A stretch of 64,000 bases of DNA, taken from an uncultured Actinomycetota bacterium. Lineage in GTDB: Bacteria; Actinomycetota; Actinomycetes; Propionibacteriales; Propionibacteriaceae. The translations under genes were made by a program, and so were the position numbers. The notes under the pieces are model-generated. The model was given only the letters and a program-made list of their open reading frames with translations. It was not told the DNA's origin and made no database searches. This document shows, one piece after another, positions 30,476 to 41,326 of this stretch (position 1 is the first letter of the stretch; the number at the start of each line of letters is the position of its first letter). Where the stretch lies: assembly GCA_963808905.1 (NCBI GenBank), contig CAWEHO010000003.1, positions 155,755 through 219,754 of the forward strand. Direction: 5' to 3'.

Positions 30476-33400
30476 CAGTACTGGACCTCCTGGGAGCGGC
30501 GCCGGATGGTGGAGACGATGTCTCGCTGGTTGCCCGTTGGGCCGAGGTAGTTGAACGCGTACGACAACTGGGCATATCCGCCGATCAGGTGAGTGGGCTT
30601 CACCAGCAGACGGGTCACCGAGTTGTGGATACCACCGCGACGACCGGTCGCCTCGGACTTCGGCACGTCGATGATCCGCTCCTGAGCGTGGTGGACGTAC
30701 ACCACGCCCTCCGGCATGCGGTGGCTGACGATGGCACGCCCCACCAGCACGCCGTTGGCGTTCACGCATTCCATCCAGTCGTTGTCCGCCACGCCGATCG
30801 CAGTGGCGTCCGCCGGGCTGAGCCAGATGGTTGGTCCGCCACGGGACAGCGACAGCATGAATAAGTTGTCCTGATATTCGGAGTGGATCGACCACTTCGA
30901 GTGAGGAGTCAGGTAGCGCACCGTCACTTGCTTGGCCCCGTCGGGGCCTAGAGTCGGCTCGCCGAACAGCCGGTGCATGTCGAGCGGTGGACGGTAGGTG
31001 GGCAGCGCCTCACCAAGATCACGCATCCAGTCATGATCAAGGAAGAAATGCATCCGGCCGGTCAGCGTATGCCAAGGCTTCAGACGCTCCACATTGACGG
31101 TGAACGGAGCATATCGGCGGCCGCCGGTCTCCGATCCCGACCACTCCGGCGATGTGATCACCGGAACCGGCGCCTGCTGGGTCTGGGCGAACGTGATCCT
31201 TTTCTCCTCCGACCCCTCAGCAAGATCAGCAAGGTGGACACCGGTGCGTTGCTCCAAGGATCTGAACCCTTGGACTGCCAGCTCGCCGTTGGTGGTACCG
31301 GAGAAGGTGAGAATGGCCTCGGCCATCTTGGCGTCAGTGTCTATGGCTGGTCGTCCATCGGCCGCACCGCCGAGCATCACACCACCCGAGGCCGCCAGTT
31401 GAGCCAGTTGCTGGTCCAGCCGGTAAGTGACGTTCTTCACCGTGAAGCCAAGCTTGTCCGCCAGCGGACCGACAGCGGCGAGCTTGTCGGCGATGGCGGT
31501 GTAATCGCGCTCGACGATCTGGAAGCTGGGCATCGTCGTACCCGGCATGCCTCTGACATCTCCGCGCTTCCAGTCACGGACGATCCCATTCGGCTGGGCG
31601 GTCTCGCCCGGGGTGTCGTGCTGCATCGGAACGGCGACCAGGTCGTGCCGGGTGCCCAGGTGCGTCTTCGCCTGACGAGAGAGTTCCCGGGCGATCAGGT
31701 GGAACATCTCGAAGTCGCTCTTCGCCTCCCACGGCGGGTCGATCGCCGGCGTGAACGCGTGCACGAAGGGATGCATGTCGGTGCTCGACAGGTCGTATTT
31801 CTCATACCAGGTGGCTGCCGGCAGCACGATGTCGGACAGCAGCGTCGTCGATGTCATCCGGAAGTCGGCCGACAACAACAAGTCGAGCTTGCCCTCCGGT
31901 GCCTCCTCTTGCCAGACGACGTCGCTTGGGCGTACATCGGTCGCTCCCTCTTCGGCCATCACGTTGGAGTGGGTGCCGAGCAGGTACTTGAGGAAGTACT
32001 CGTTGCCCTTGGCCGAGGAGCCGAACAAGTTGGAGCGCCACAAGGTCAGCGTCCGCGGCCAGTTCTCCGGTGCATCGACGTCCTCGATCGAGGCCTTGAT
32101 CGTGCCGGCTGCCAGCGCGTTTGCCACATAGGAGGCGGTGTCGGGAGCCGAGCCCGCAGCGACTGCAGCCTCGGCTTGGTCAGCGAGCTCCAGCGGGTTG
32201 ACATTGAACTGTGGATAGAACGGCATCCATCCCAGCCGCGCCGATTGAGCGATCGTGTCAGCAGTGTGCATGCCAGCCAAATGCCCCTCAGCCAGTGGAG
32301 AGGTGAGGGCGTCGGCCGCGTACCCGTCGAAGCGCCACTGATCGGTATGCATATACCAGTACGCGGTACCGATCATGGTCCGGGGAGGCCGCGACCAATC
32401 CAGCGCGTTGGCCAGCGAGATCCATCCGGTGATCGGCCGGCATTTCTCCTGTCCGACGTAGTGCGCCCAGCCGCCGCCGTTACGCCCCATGCTGCCGGTC
32501 AAGATCAACAGGCTCAGAATCGATCGATAGGTGGCATCAGCATGGAACCACTGGCAGATTCCGGCACCCATGATGATCATGGACCGGCCCTTGGATTGCT
32601 CCGCGTTGGTGGCGAATTCGCGGGCGATCCGGATGCATGCCTCGGCCGGCACGCTGGTGATCTCTGCCTGCCACGCGGGCGTGTAGGGAGCAGTCGAGTC
32701 GTCGTAGCCGGTAGGCCAGTCACCGGGCAGATCAGGCCGGGCGACTCCATAGTGGGCGAGCATGAGGTCGAACACTGTGGTGACGACGTGATCGCCGATC
32801 CTGAGAATCGGGACGCCGCGACGGAGCACGGACCCTGATCCGTCGGCCGCCTCAAAGCAGGGGAGCAGCACTTCGACGACCTCGTTTGTCGTCGACCTCG
32901 CGAATCGAGAGAGCCGGCGTCACGCCCCCGAGATCAAGATTCCAGCGACCAACGCCGGAGTCGGCGTAGCGGAACCCCATGGAACCGTTGGGAACTACCG
33001 GCTTGCCGCTGCCGGCGTCCAGCAATACCGTCTTCCACGCCGCTTCGGGCGGGGACTTGCGCTCGGAGTCCGCCAAAGAGCGCTCTTCGACAGGCGCCGT
33101 CCTGAGCTTGTCGAAGGGTTCAGAGTGCATCTCCAGATCGGCCGCGGTCAGGAACTTGCCAGGCACCAGGCCGCCGTGCTCGGCGTTCTCAGTCAGTGTG
33201 ATCAAGAAAGGCAGATCGGTGTAGGTCTTGACGAAGTCGGTGAAGAACGGCACCTGCCGGTCGAGGAAGAATTCCTTCAAGATCACGTGGCCCATCGCCA
33301 TGGCGAGAGCGGCATCCGTGCCGGCCTGAGCCGGCAACCATTCATCAGCGAACTTGGTGTTGTCGGCGTAGTCCGGGCTGACGGTGACGATCTTGGTGCC

Positions 33401-34258
33401 CCGATAGCGCACTTCGGCCATCCAGTGCGCATCGGGCGTTCGGGTGACGGGAACGTTGGAGCCCCACATCATCAAATAGGTGGCGTCCCACCAGTCACCG
33501 GATTCCGGCACGTCAGTTTGATCACCGAAGACCTGTGGACTGGCGACCGGCAGGTCGGCGTACCAGTCATAGAACGACGTCATTACTCCGCCGATGAGCT
33601 GGGTGAAGCGAGTCCCTACGCAGTGGGAGACCATCGACATCGCCGGGATGGGTGAGAAGCCGGCGATCCGATCCGGCCCGTATGTCTTGATCGTGTGTAC
33701 CTGGGCAGCAGCGATCATCTCCACCGCTTCGGCCCAGGACACGCGTACCAGCCCGCCCTTGCCGCGGGCCCGGTGATAGCGACGCCGACGTTCCGGATCG
33801 CCGACCACATCGGCCCAGGCCAGCACCGGGTCCTTCAGTCGCTGCTTGGCTTCGCGATACATCTCCAGCAGAACGCCGCGGGCGTACGGATACCTGACCC
33901 GAGTGGGCGAGTAGGTGTACCACGAGAAGGCGGCACCACGCGGGCAGCCGCGAGGCTCATACTCCGGTCGATCCGGACCGACGGACGGATAGTCGGTCTG
34001 CTGTGCTTCCCACGTGATGATGCCGTCGCGGACATAGATCTTCCAGGAGCAGGAACCTGTGCAATTCACACCATGAGTGGATCGCACCACCTTGTCGTGA
34101 CTCCACCGATCCCGATAGAACACATCGCCAGCCCGACCGCCCTGACGAAAAACCACCCGACCGTCCTCGGACTCCTCCCATCTGGTGAAGAACCGGCCTA
34201 GCTTCAACAGCGCCTCGGAGGCGCGCCCATCAACGCCGGCAGGGACCGGAGGATTCAT
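30475..34258 (-). CDS. narG: Respiratory nitrate reductase alpha subunit (apparent +1 frameshift at ~32886)
   Basis: STHGVNCTGSCSW, EPRGCPRGA, DWYADLP, HYVGQEK, LTPHSKWSIHS, NYLGPTGNQRD. Removing one A in an AAA run joins the two ORFs. Confidence 0.95.
33086..33123 (-). repeat. REP-like element inserted in frame in narG
   Basis: 36/38 identical to the intergenic copy at 26150-26187; translated as (S)EPFDKLRTAPVE in NarG. Confidence 0.85.
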
Positions 34259-34265
34259 GACTATG

Positions 34266-34309
34266 ACCTTAGGGATCGCATTTCCAGCTCGGGAAGTGAC
34301 TAATGTCCT
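34266..34309 (-). promoter_or_regulatory. narG promoter: TANNNT -10 (TAAGGT) 7 nt before ATG and a degenerate DosR/DevR-like box
   Basis: Minus-strand TAAGGT at 34271-34266, no SD. GTGAC-TAAT-GTCCT at 34296-34309 matches 8 of 10 positions of GGGAC-N4-GTCCC. Confidence 0.45.
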
Positions 34310-34429
34310 TTCTGTGGACTGATTTCGGGCTTACCCCTCGGAAGTGAGTGACGCCGAACGAATTGGCCCTGTCTGCCGGCCAGTGTGTATCTTGGTCCGT
34401 TGGTGCCGCCCCTTGCGTGGCATTGACGC

Positions 34430-34502
34430 GCCCCTATAGCTCAGCAGGCAGAGCGTCTCCATGGTAAGGAGAAGGTCTGCGGTTCGATTCCGCATGGGGG
34501 CT
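34430..34502 (+). tRNA. tRNA-Thr(GGT)
   Basis: Acceptor GCCCCTA/TGGGGGC, anticodon arm TCTCC-ATGGTAA-GGAGA, GGTTCGATTCC T-arm; CCA not encoded. Confidence 0.95.
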
Positions 34503-34592
34503 CGGACTCCTTCTCCGATGCCACCGCGCGTCGGCGGAATATGCGGTCGATGCAGACCGTTGCCCGACCGGGAAACTGGTAGGGGAGCCCAC

Positions 34593-34665
34593 AGCGGGAT
34601 AGCTCAGGCGGTAGAGCAAGCGGCTCATAATCGCTGTGTCGCGGGTTCGAGTCCCGCTCCCGCTA
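34593..34665 (+). tRNA. tRNA-Met(CAT)
   Basis: Acceptor AGCGGGA/TCCCGCT, anticodon arm AGCGG-CTCATAA-TCGCT, GGTTCGAGTCC T-arm. Confidence 0.95.
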
Positions 34666-34745
34666 CCGGCACCACGAGCACCACAAAGAGCACTACGACA
34701 GCACCGACAAAGTTTGAACAACAGAGATTCTGAGGACACAGGACT

Positions 34746-34913
34746 ATGGCCAAGACCGTCGATATCCGGCCGAAGATCACGCTGGCTTGCACCCAATGCA
34801 AGGAGCGGAACTACATCACCAAGAAGAACCGGCGCAACGATCCGGATCGTCTTGAGCTGAAGAAGTTTTGCCCGCGCTGCAAGACGCACACGCCACATCG
34901 CGAGACCCGCTGA
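34746..34913 (+). CDS. rpmG: 50S ribosomal protein L33 (Zn-binding C+ form)
   Basis: Translated by hand (below the ORF-track cutoff): [55 protein letters not shown]. Confidence 0.97.
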   Translation: MAKTVDIRPKITLACTQCKERNYITKKNRRNDPDRLELKKFCPRCKTHTPHRETR

Positions 34914-35623
34914 CCAAGCGGAGTGATCTCGGCCCTCCACTGATCGGGCTCGCCCACGGCAGCAGGCATCCGGAGGGCAGTCAGGGGATCCAGCGGCTCA
35001 TGGCTGCGGTATCTCAACAGGCAAAGATCACAGCTATTTCGGCCTATCTTGATCTGGCGGAGCCAGACCTCGAGGCGGCGGCCGGAGAGCTCGCTGAAGC
35101 TGGGTACACGAACGCAGTCGTCATCCCGCTCCTGTTCACCGAGGCCTTTCATGCCACGGTTGATGTCCCTGAAACGGTCGGGAATGTCACCGAGTCTCTC
35201 CCCATCCAACTCATCGTCGCCGACATTCTCGGCACGGGCGACGACGTCGCGGACGTGCTGCATAAGAGCCTGGTCGAGGCACGCATCGATGATCATTCCT
35301 CAGTGCTGCTCTTTGCTGTCGGGTCGTCCAGGCCGGCGGCCAACGAGGCCATTGCTGATCTTGCGGCTCGGCTGGCGACCGGCAGGCGTGGCGCCGTGCG
35401 CGCCTGCTTCGGTACCTGCTTCCCTGGCGTCGCTGATGTGGTCGATGAGCTCACCGAGCCTATTGCCGTCCTTCCCCTGTTCTTGACCGAGGGCCTGCTG
35501 CTTGTGCCGGTCCGCGCGCTTGCCGCTCAGCGTGGCTGGCGAATCATCGAACCGCTCGGAGAGCGAGCGGCAGGCCTGGTGCGTCGGCGTTACGACAGCG
35601 CACTAGCTACCCAGGTCCGTTAG
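34910..35623 (+). CDS. Sirohydrochlorin chelatase (CbiX/SirB family)
   Basis: [36 protein letters not shown], second domain AVGSS..AN and PLFLTEG; start codon uncertain. Confidence 0.85.
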   Translation: MTKRSDLGPPLIGLAHGSRHPEGSQGIQRLMAAVSQQAKITAISAYLDLAEPDLEAAAGELAEAGYTNAVVIPLLFTEAFHATVDVPETVGNVTESLPIQLIVADILGTGDDVADVLHKSLVEARIDDHSSVLLFAVGSSRPAANEAIADLAARLATGRRGAVRACFGTCFPGVADVVDELTEPIAVLPLFLTEGLLLVPVRALAAQRGWRIIEPLGERAAGLVRRRYDSALATQVR

Positions 35624-35632
35624 CGTTGCTCC

Positions 35633-36059
35633 ATGGCGATCACCGAGGCACACGCCGGTCGGCGCTATCCAGCGTGCGATCCCTATCAGTTATCTGCGGC
35701 GAAGATCGCCGAGTTCGCGGCTGCCTTGGGCGATGACAATCCCCGGTATCGCGGCGACTCGCCGATCGCTCCGCCAACTTTTGCCAACGTCATTTCAGCG
35801 CATGCGTGGGATCAGCTCTTCGGCGACCCCGAGCTTGAGCTCGCGCTGGATCGAGTTGTGCACGCCGACCAACGCTTCAGCTTCGTGCGACCACTCCGCA
35901 CCGGTGACATGGTCATCGCGACGCTGACCATCGACAAAGTACGGGTGCGTGCAGGTTCGGAACTGTTCTCGGCCACCGTGGACATTTCGAGCATCGGACG
36001 CCGAGCCCATCTGCTCCTCGCACGCCACGTTCCTGCATGCCCGTGAGGCATCGGGATGA
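35633..36059 (+). CDS. MaoC-like dehydratase, HadA-like subunit (apparent +1 frameshift at ~35996)
   Basis: KIAEFAAALGD, APPTF, VVHADQRFSFVRPL. Removing one G extends it to ...DAEPICSSHATFLHAREASG* with an ATGA overlap onto the next gene. Confidence 0.85.
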
Positions 36060-36520
36060 AGGCCACAGTGGTCGAAGGTGTCGATGTTGGCACCCAGCTT
36101 CCGTCACTCGCTGTCCGGTTCACCAGAGAACGGCTGGTGCGTTACGCAGGCGCTGCGACGGACTTCAATCCCATCCACTATTCAGAACACTTCGCCCGTC
36201 AGGTCGGCCTGCCCGGCGTCATCGCCCACGGCATGCTCACGATGGGCGCGGCGCTTCGCGCCGTGACGAACTGGGTAGGGGACCCCAGCCGAGTCACCTC
36301 CTACTTCGTCCGGTTCACCCGGCCAGTGCCGGTGCCCGATGATCCGGATGGAGTTGAGGTGGAATTCAGTGCGAGGGTCGTGGCGATCGATGGATCGCTT
36401 GTGACTATCGGTATCGAAGCGATCTGTAACGGGCAGAAGGTGCTAGGCGCGGCGCGCGCTGAAGTTGATCTTGGCATACGGGTACCGCATGCTGATCATG
36501 GAGCTGTACATGCGCCCTGA
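36056..36520 (+). CDS. MaoC/PaaZ family dehydratase, HadB-like subunit
   Basis: LVRYAGAATDFNPIH, VIAHGMLTMG, VRFTRPV. Confidence 0.9.
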   Translation: MKATVVEGVDVGTQLPSLAVRFTRERLVRYAGAATDFNPIHYSEHFARQVGLPGVIAHGMLTMGAALRAVTNWVGDPSRVTSYFVRFTRPVPVPDDPDGVEVEFSARVVAIDGSLVTIGIEAICNGQKVLGAARAEVDLGIRVPHADHGAVHAP

Positions 36521-36552
36521 GCTCACTGACCTTCGGCACCCCCAGCTCACCG

Positions 36553-37628
36553 ATGTGGGCCCTGAGCCCATCGAGACTGCGCCTTGAGTCTGCAGAGGGG
36601 CGCCCTGAGCTGCTGGCTCACCACACGACCCTCCGGGTCGGCGGTCCGGCGCGACGGATGATCATTGTTGAAACCGAGACCGAGTTGGTCGAGGCCGTAC
36701 GGGGGTCTGGACGCGGCCAAAGAACCGATCTTCATCCTGGGTGGCGGGTCCAACGTACTGATCGGCGACGCCGGCTTCGACGGCACGGTGATCAAGATCG
36801 CGACGCGCGGCATTGCGGAAGACACCGCCGCTTGTTCCGGTGCTGTGATCACGGTGGCGGCGGGTGAGCGGTGGGACTCGCTGGTGCGAGCTCTCCATCG
36901 AAAGAGATTGGAGCGGCCTGGAAGCAATGTCCGGCATCCCAGGACTGGCGGGAGCGACGCCGATCCAAAACGTCGGCGCGTACGGGGCCGAAGTCAGCGA
37001 GTTGATCTCACTGGTGCGCACCCTCGACCGGTCCACGGGACATATCAGGACTCTTTTTCCCGTGGAATGCGGCTTCGGCTATCGGACATCACGATTCAAG
37101 TCCGACCCCGGGCGCTTTCTGGTGCTCTCGGTGACCTTCCAGCTCCGACTTGGCTCGATGTCGCAGCCCATCCGCTATCCCGAGTTGGCCCGAGCATTGG
37201 AAGTTGAGGTAGGTCAGCGGGCCCCGGCAGCGGACGTGCGCCAGGCCGTACTGGATCTGCGCAGCGCCAAGGGCATGGTCTTGGCCGAGGATGATCATGA
37301 CACCTGGAGCGTCGGGTCCTTCTTCACCAACCCGCTCCTTGCTGCGACCAAGGCTTCGGAGTTGCCCGGCGAGGCGCCACGCTTCAGGCAACCTGATGGC
37401 ATGGTCAAGACCAGCGCGGCCTGGCTGATCGAGCATGCCGGCTTTGCCAGGGGCTACGGTGATGGCGCAGCGCGATTGTCGGACAAGCACACGCTTGCGT
37501 TGACCAACCGAGGCGGAGCCACCTCAGCGGATCTGCTGAGTTTGGCCCGCGAGATCCGAGCTGGCGTGCAGGCGAAGTTTGGCATCCAGCTAGTACCTGA
37601 GCCAGTTCTTGTGGGGTGCGAATTGTGA
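36553..37628 (+). CDS. murB: UDP-N-acetylmuramate dehydrogenase (two apparent +1 frameshifts at ~36703 and ~36886; start uncertain)
   Basis: HTTLRVGGPA, LGGGSN, GIPG.AGATPIQNVGAYG, FGYRTS.FK, GSFFTNP, SAAWLIE, HTLALTN, EP across three frames. Confidence 0.92.
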
Positions 37629-39452
37629 GTCTGGCACGGTTCGTCGTTTGGGCACCGCGACGGTCGTCAGTAACGCTGATGATCAAGGAACTATGGCGCG
37701 GATACCGCGGTCAGGGTCGCCATGGAACGTGACGAGGACGGTTGGTGGTTTCCCGCCGAGCCGCTCCCGTCAAACGGAATCGGCGAATTCGATTACGGCT
37801 ACATCCTCGATGACTCCGACGCAGTGCTACCGGATCCACGCTCCCGCCGCCAGCCCAATGGTGTGCATGACTGGTCGCGGAGCTTCGATCCCGACGAGTA
37901 CATCTGGTCAGATCAAAAGTGGACCGGCAAGCAACTTGCGGGCTGCATCATCTACGAGCTGCATGTCGGCACCTTCACTTCCGAAGGCACACTGGTCGCA
38001 GCAATCGACAGGCTCGACCACCTGGTGCAGCTCGGGATCGACTTCGTGGAACTGATGCCAGTCAACGCCTTCAACGGCCCACACAACTGGGGCTACGACG
38101 GTGTGCTCTGGTACGCCATACACGAGGGGTATGGAGGGCCTCTGGGCTACATGCAGTTTGTCGATGCCTGCCACCAGGCGGGTCTTGGCGTGATCCAGGA
38201 TGTCGTCTACAACCATCTCGGGCCCAGCGGCAACTACCTGTCCCAATTTGCGCCCTACCTCAGGAACGATGCCGGTCCCTCCGTCTGGGGAGACGAGCCG
38301 AACCTCGATGGCGAGGAATCCGACGAAGTACGCCGCTACATCATCGACAACGCCTTGATGTTCATCACCGAGTATCACGTGGATGGTTTACGTCTCGATG
38401 CCGTGCACGCTCTGCACGACACCAGAGCCACGCATCTGCTCGAAGAACTGAATATCGACGTCTCGACGCGCGGCACGTTCCTGCGCCGACCGATACCACT
38501 GATAGCAGAGTCCGACCTCAACGACCCGCGGCTGATCACAGCGCGTGAAGGCGGCGGCTATGGCTTGACCGCGCAGTGGAGCGACGACTTCCACCACGCC
38601 CTCTACGTCAGCCTGACCGGCGATGCCAGCGGCTACTACGCCGATTTCGATTCTCTCGCCGCGCTCGGCAAGGTGTTCGAGAGCGGGTTCTTCCACACTG
38701 GCACCCGATCCAGCTTTCGCGGCCGCACCCACGGACATCCCATCGACACCTGGCGTACGCCGACCTGGCGGCTGGTCGTCTGCTCGGACAACCATGATCA
38801 GATCGGTAATCGTGCCAAGGGCGAACGGCTCTCGAACAAGATCAGTCCAGCGCAGCAAGCCATCGCGGCCATGGTCACGCTGCTCAGTCCCTTCACGCCG
38901 ATGATCTTCATGGGTGAGGAGTGGGGCGCCTCGACGCCGTGGCGTTTCTTCACCTCCCACCCCGAGCCCGAGCTTGCCGAGATGGTCCGCGCGGGCCGGC
39001 TCGAGGAGTTCGCACAGATGGAGTGGGACACCAGCTATGTGCCCGATCCGCAGGATCCGCGGACCTTCGAGGTATCGCGGCTGGATTGGTCGGAGCTCGA
39101 ACAGCCCCGCCATGCCGAGTTGCTCGCTCTGACGAGGCAACTGATCGAGATCCGGCGTACCTATCCCGACTTCACCGATCCGCGTTTCGACCAGGGACAC
39201 GCCCTGTCGAATGACGAGGCCGGCTGGCTGTTTCTGGAGCGCGGCGAGATGATCATGGTGGTGAACTTCCGCGACCGGCCGACTGAGGTCGATGTCGGGC
39301 GCTCGGTGGATCCGGTGATCAGCATCGGGCACGTCGAAGTGGTCGGCAACGTGGTGCACCTAGGCGCGCACAGCGCGATCGCAGCCGACGCAACACAGCA
39401 GCGGGTCTTCTCGGCCCCCCGTCGCGCTGACGCCGTCGTCCGGGGGCGATAG
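37625..39452 (+). CDS. treZ: Malto-oligosyltrehalose trehalohydrolase (apparent frameshift at ~37690)
   Basis: GTG overlapping the murB stop gives F.VWAP, then LPDPRSRRQPNGVH, YELHVGTFT, WGYDGV, DVVYNHLGP, LRLDAVH, NHDQIGNR, PMIFMGEEW. Confidence 0.92.
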
Positions 39453-39482
39453 CCCACACCGGTGGCGGCTCGCTGACGGATC

Positions 39483-40994
39483 TCAGGATTCGAACTTGAT
39501 CTCCCGCTTCAAGATCTTGCCGGTCGGACCTTTCGGGATAGGCCCGAAGCGGACGATCCGGGGATACTTGAATACCGCGATCCGCTCCTTCACATAGTCA
39601 CGCAACTCGCCATCGGTCGCCGAAGCACCGTCCTTGAGTGTCACCAACGCGGCCACTTCCTCCCCGCACGCCGCATCCGGCACCCCGAAGACCGCTGCTT
39701 CTGCGACCGCCGGGTGGGCGTAAAGGATCTCCTCGACCTCGCGAGGGTAGACCTTGTAGCCATTGCGGATGATCATGTCCTTCTTACGATCGACGATGAA
39801 GTAGAAGCCGTCCTCATCGCGCCGGGCAAGATCCCCGGAGTGGAACCAACCGCCGCGCATAGCGTCGGCAGTCGCCTCCGGTTTGTTCCAGTAGCCCTTC
39901 ATGACGTTCTCGCCGCGGATGACGATCTCACCGATCTCGCCGTCGGCCACCTCCTGGTCGTCTTCGTCGCGCAGCCCGAACTCAACGCCACGAATCGGTA
40001 TTCCGATCGAGCCCGGCTTTCTGGGCCGATCGGGGTGGTTGAAGGACGCGACCGGCGAGGTCTCTGAGAGCCCGTAACCCTCGAGCAACACGAAGCCAAA
40101 TGTCTGCTCGACACCGCGCAACACCTCGACCGGCAGCGATGCTCCGCCTGAGGCCGCGACCTTGAGTGTGGAAGTGTCGAACCGCTCCTTGTTCTTGACC
40201 GCGAGCAGCCCCATGTACATGGTCGGTACGCCGAGGAAGATCGTCACTCGGTCGTTGGAAATGATCGACAACGCCTCCTCTCCATCAAATTTCGGCAGCA
40301 AGGTCAAGCACGCCCCGCCTGCCATCGCAGCATTCAAGCCCACTGTCTGGCCGAAGGAATGGAACAGCGGCAGCCCACCGAAGATCACGTCGCCGGGTGC
40401 CATAGGCAGCAGGGTGTCGATCGTGGTGTGAACGTTGCTGCTGAGGTTGGCGTGGGTCAGCTCGGCGCCCTTGGGCTGGCCGGTGGTCCCGGATGTGTAC
40501 AAGATCACCGCGGTTTCGTCACCGCTTTGCTCGGCAACCCGATCGGTTGGATCGGTCCGCGCCAGCTCAGCGTCGAACTCGCCGGGGACGGTAAGGATCA
40601 CCTCGGTCCCTGTTGCGCTTCCTGCCTTGGCAGCTTCCTCTGCGAAGAGCGGGAACACAACCGCCACCTTGACGTCGCAGTCGTTCCAGACAAAGGAGAT
40701 CTCACCCGCTTTGAGCAGTGGGTTCATCGGTACAGCGATGGCACCGATCCTCAAGATCGCGTAGTAGACGATCGGGAAATAGGCCACGTTCGGCATGATC
40801 ATCGCAACTCGATCGCCCGCCGTGACACCGCGAGCACTGAGGATCGTTGCGCATCGGGCAACGGCCGCATCCAAAATGGCGTAGCTCAGAGTGATCTCGC
40901 CCTGTTTGATCGCCGGCAGGCCGGGGTCGCTGGCAGCTCGTTGCTTAACCCAGATCCCGATATTGGCCGTGGCGGGATTCGACGACGTTGTCAT
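39483..40994 (-). CDS. Long-chain fatty acid--CoA ligase
   Basis: LYTSGTTGQPKG, EGYGLSETSP, WFHSGDLA, DRKKDMIIR, PKGPTGKILKR. Confidence 0.93.
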   Translation of the reverse strand: MTTSSNPATANIGIWVKQRAASDPGLPAIKQGEITLSYAILDAAVARCATILSARGVTAGDRVAMIMPNVAYFPIVYYAILRIGAIAVPMNPLLKAGEISFVWNDCDVKVAVVFPLFAEEAAKAGSATGTEVILTVPGEFDAELARTDPTDRVAEQSGDETAVILYTSGTTGQPKGAELTHANLSSNVHTTIDTLLPMAPGDVIFGGLPLFHSFGQTVGLNAAMAGGACLTLLPKFDGEEALSIISNDRVTIFLGVPTMYMGLLAVKNKERFDTSTLKVAASGGASLPVEVLRGVEQTFGFVLLEGYGLSETSPVASFNHPDRPRKPGSIGIPIRGVEFGLRDEDDQEVADGEIGEIVIRGENVMKGYWNKPEATADAMRGGWFHSGDLARRDEDGFYFIVDRKKDMIIRNGYKVYPREVEEILYAHPAVAEAAVFGVPDAACGEEVAALVTLKDGASATDGELRDYVKERIAVFKYPRIVRFGPIPKGPTGKILKREIKFES

Positions 40995-41022
40995 GTTTCG
41001 ACCCTACTTTGCCGTTTCTGGC

Positions 41023-41223
41023 TGCTCGCTGCGCTCGCTGCATTTTCGCACTCGGACGCCGCCTCGGCTCTCTTCTCCTCACGCAGCCGCGCGAAACGGT
41101 GTTTGATTTGCTCGCACCGCTCGCTGCGTTTCGCGCTTTGGGCCGCCTCGTTCGTCGGCGTTCGCCGAGGAAAGAACGCCTCGGCTCTCTTCTCCTCATT
41201 GCGGCGGCGCGCGAAACGGTGTT
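41023..41223. repeat. Composite direct/inverted repeat in a divergent intergenic region
   Basis: CGCCTCGGCTCTCTTCTCCTCA...GCGCGAAACGGTGTT at 41060-41103 and 41177-41223; inverted CGTTTCGCGC at 41127-41136. Confidence 0.85.
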
Positions 41224-41326
41224 ACGAGGCGAATGAACCGAGGTCGCCCTAATACCCCGATAGGTGGTCGAGGTCCGACACTAGACTCGCGCACGGCCTC
41301 AATCTCGCAATCGAAAGCTGAATCAA

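Noticed and set aside
30973-32838. 621-aa + strand ORF opposite narG
   Set aside because: Antisense shadow of a high-GC coding gene; no recognisable motifs.
28179-34258. Programmed frameshifting or pseudogenisation of narG, narH and narJ
   Set aside because: The same type of single-base indel occurs in essential murB and secE and there are no slippery heptamers, so sequencing error is more parsimonious.
36510-36612. Full REP copy before murB
   Set aside because: Only a 9-bp GCCCTGAGC core repeated three times; too degenerate to call as a feature.
41023-41223. CRISPR array
   Set aside because: Only two imperfect repeats of 44-47 bp with a ~73-nt gap and no cas genes. The 49462-49508 repeats have no spacers.
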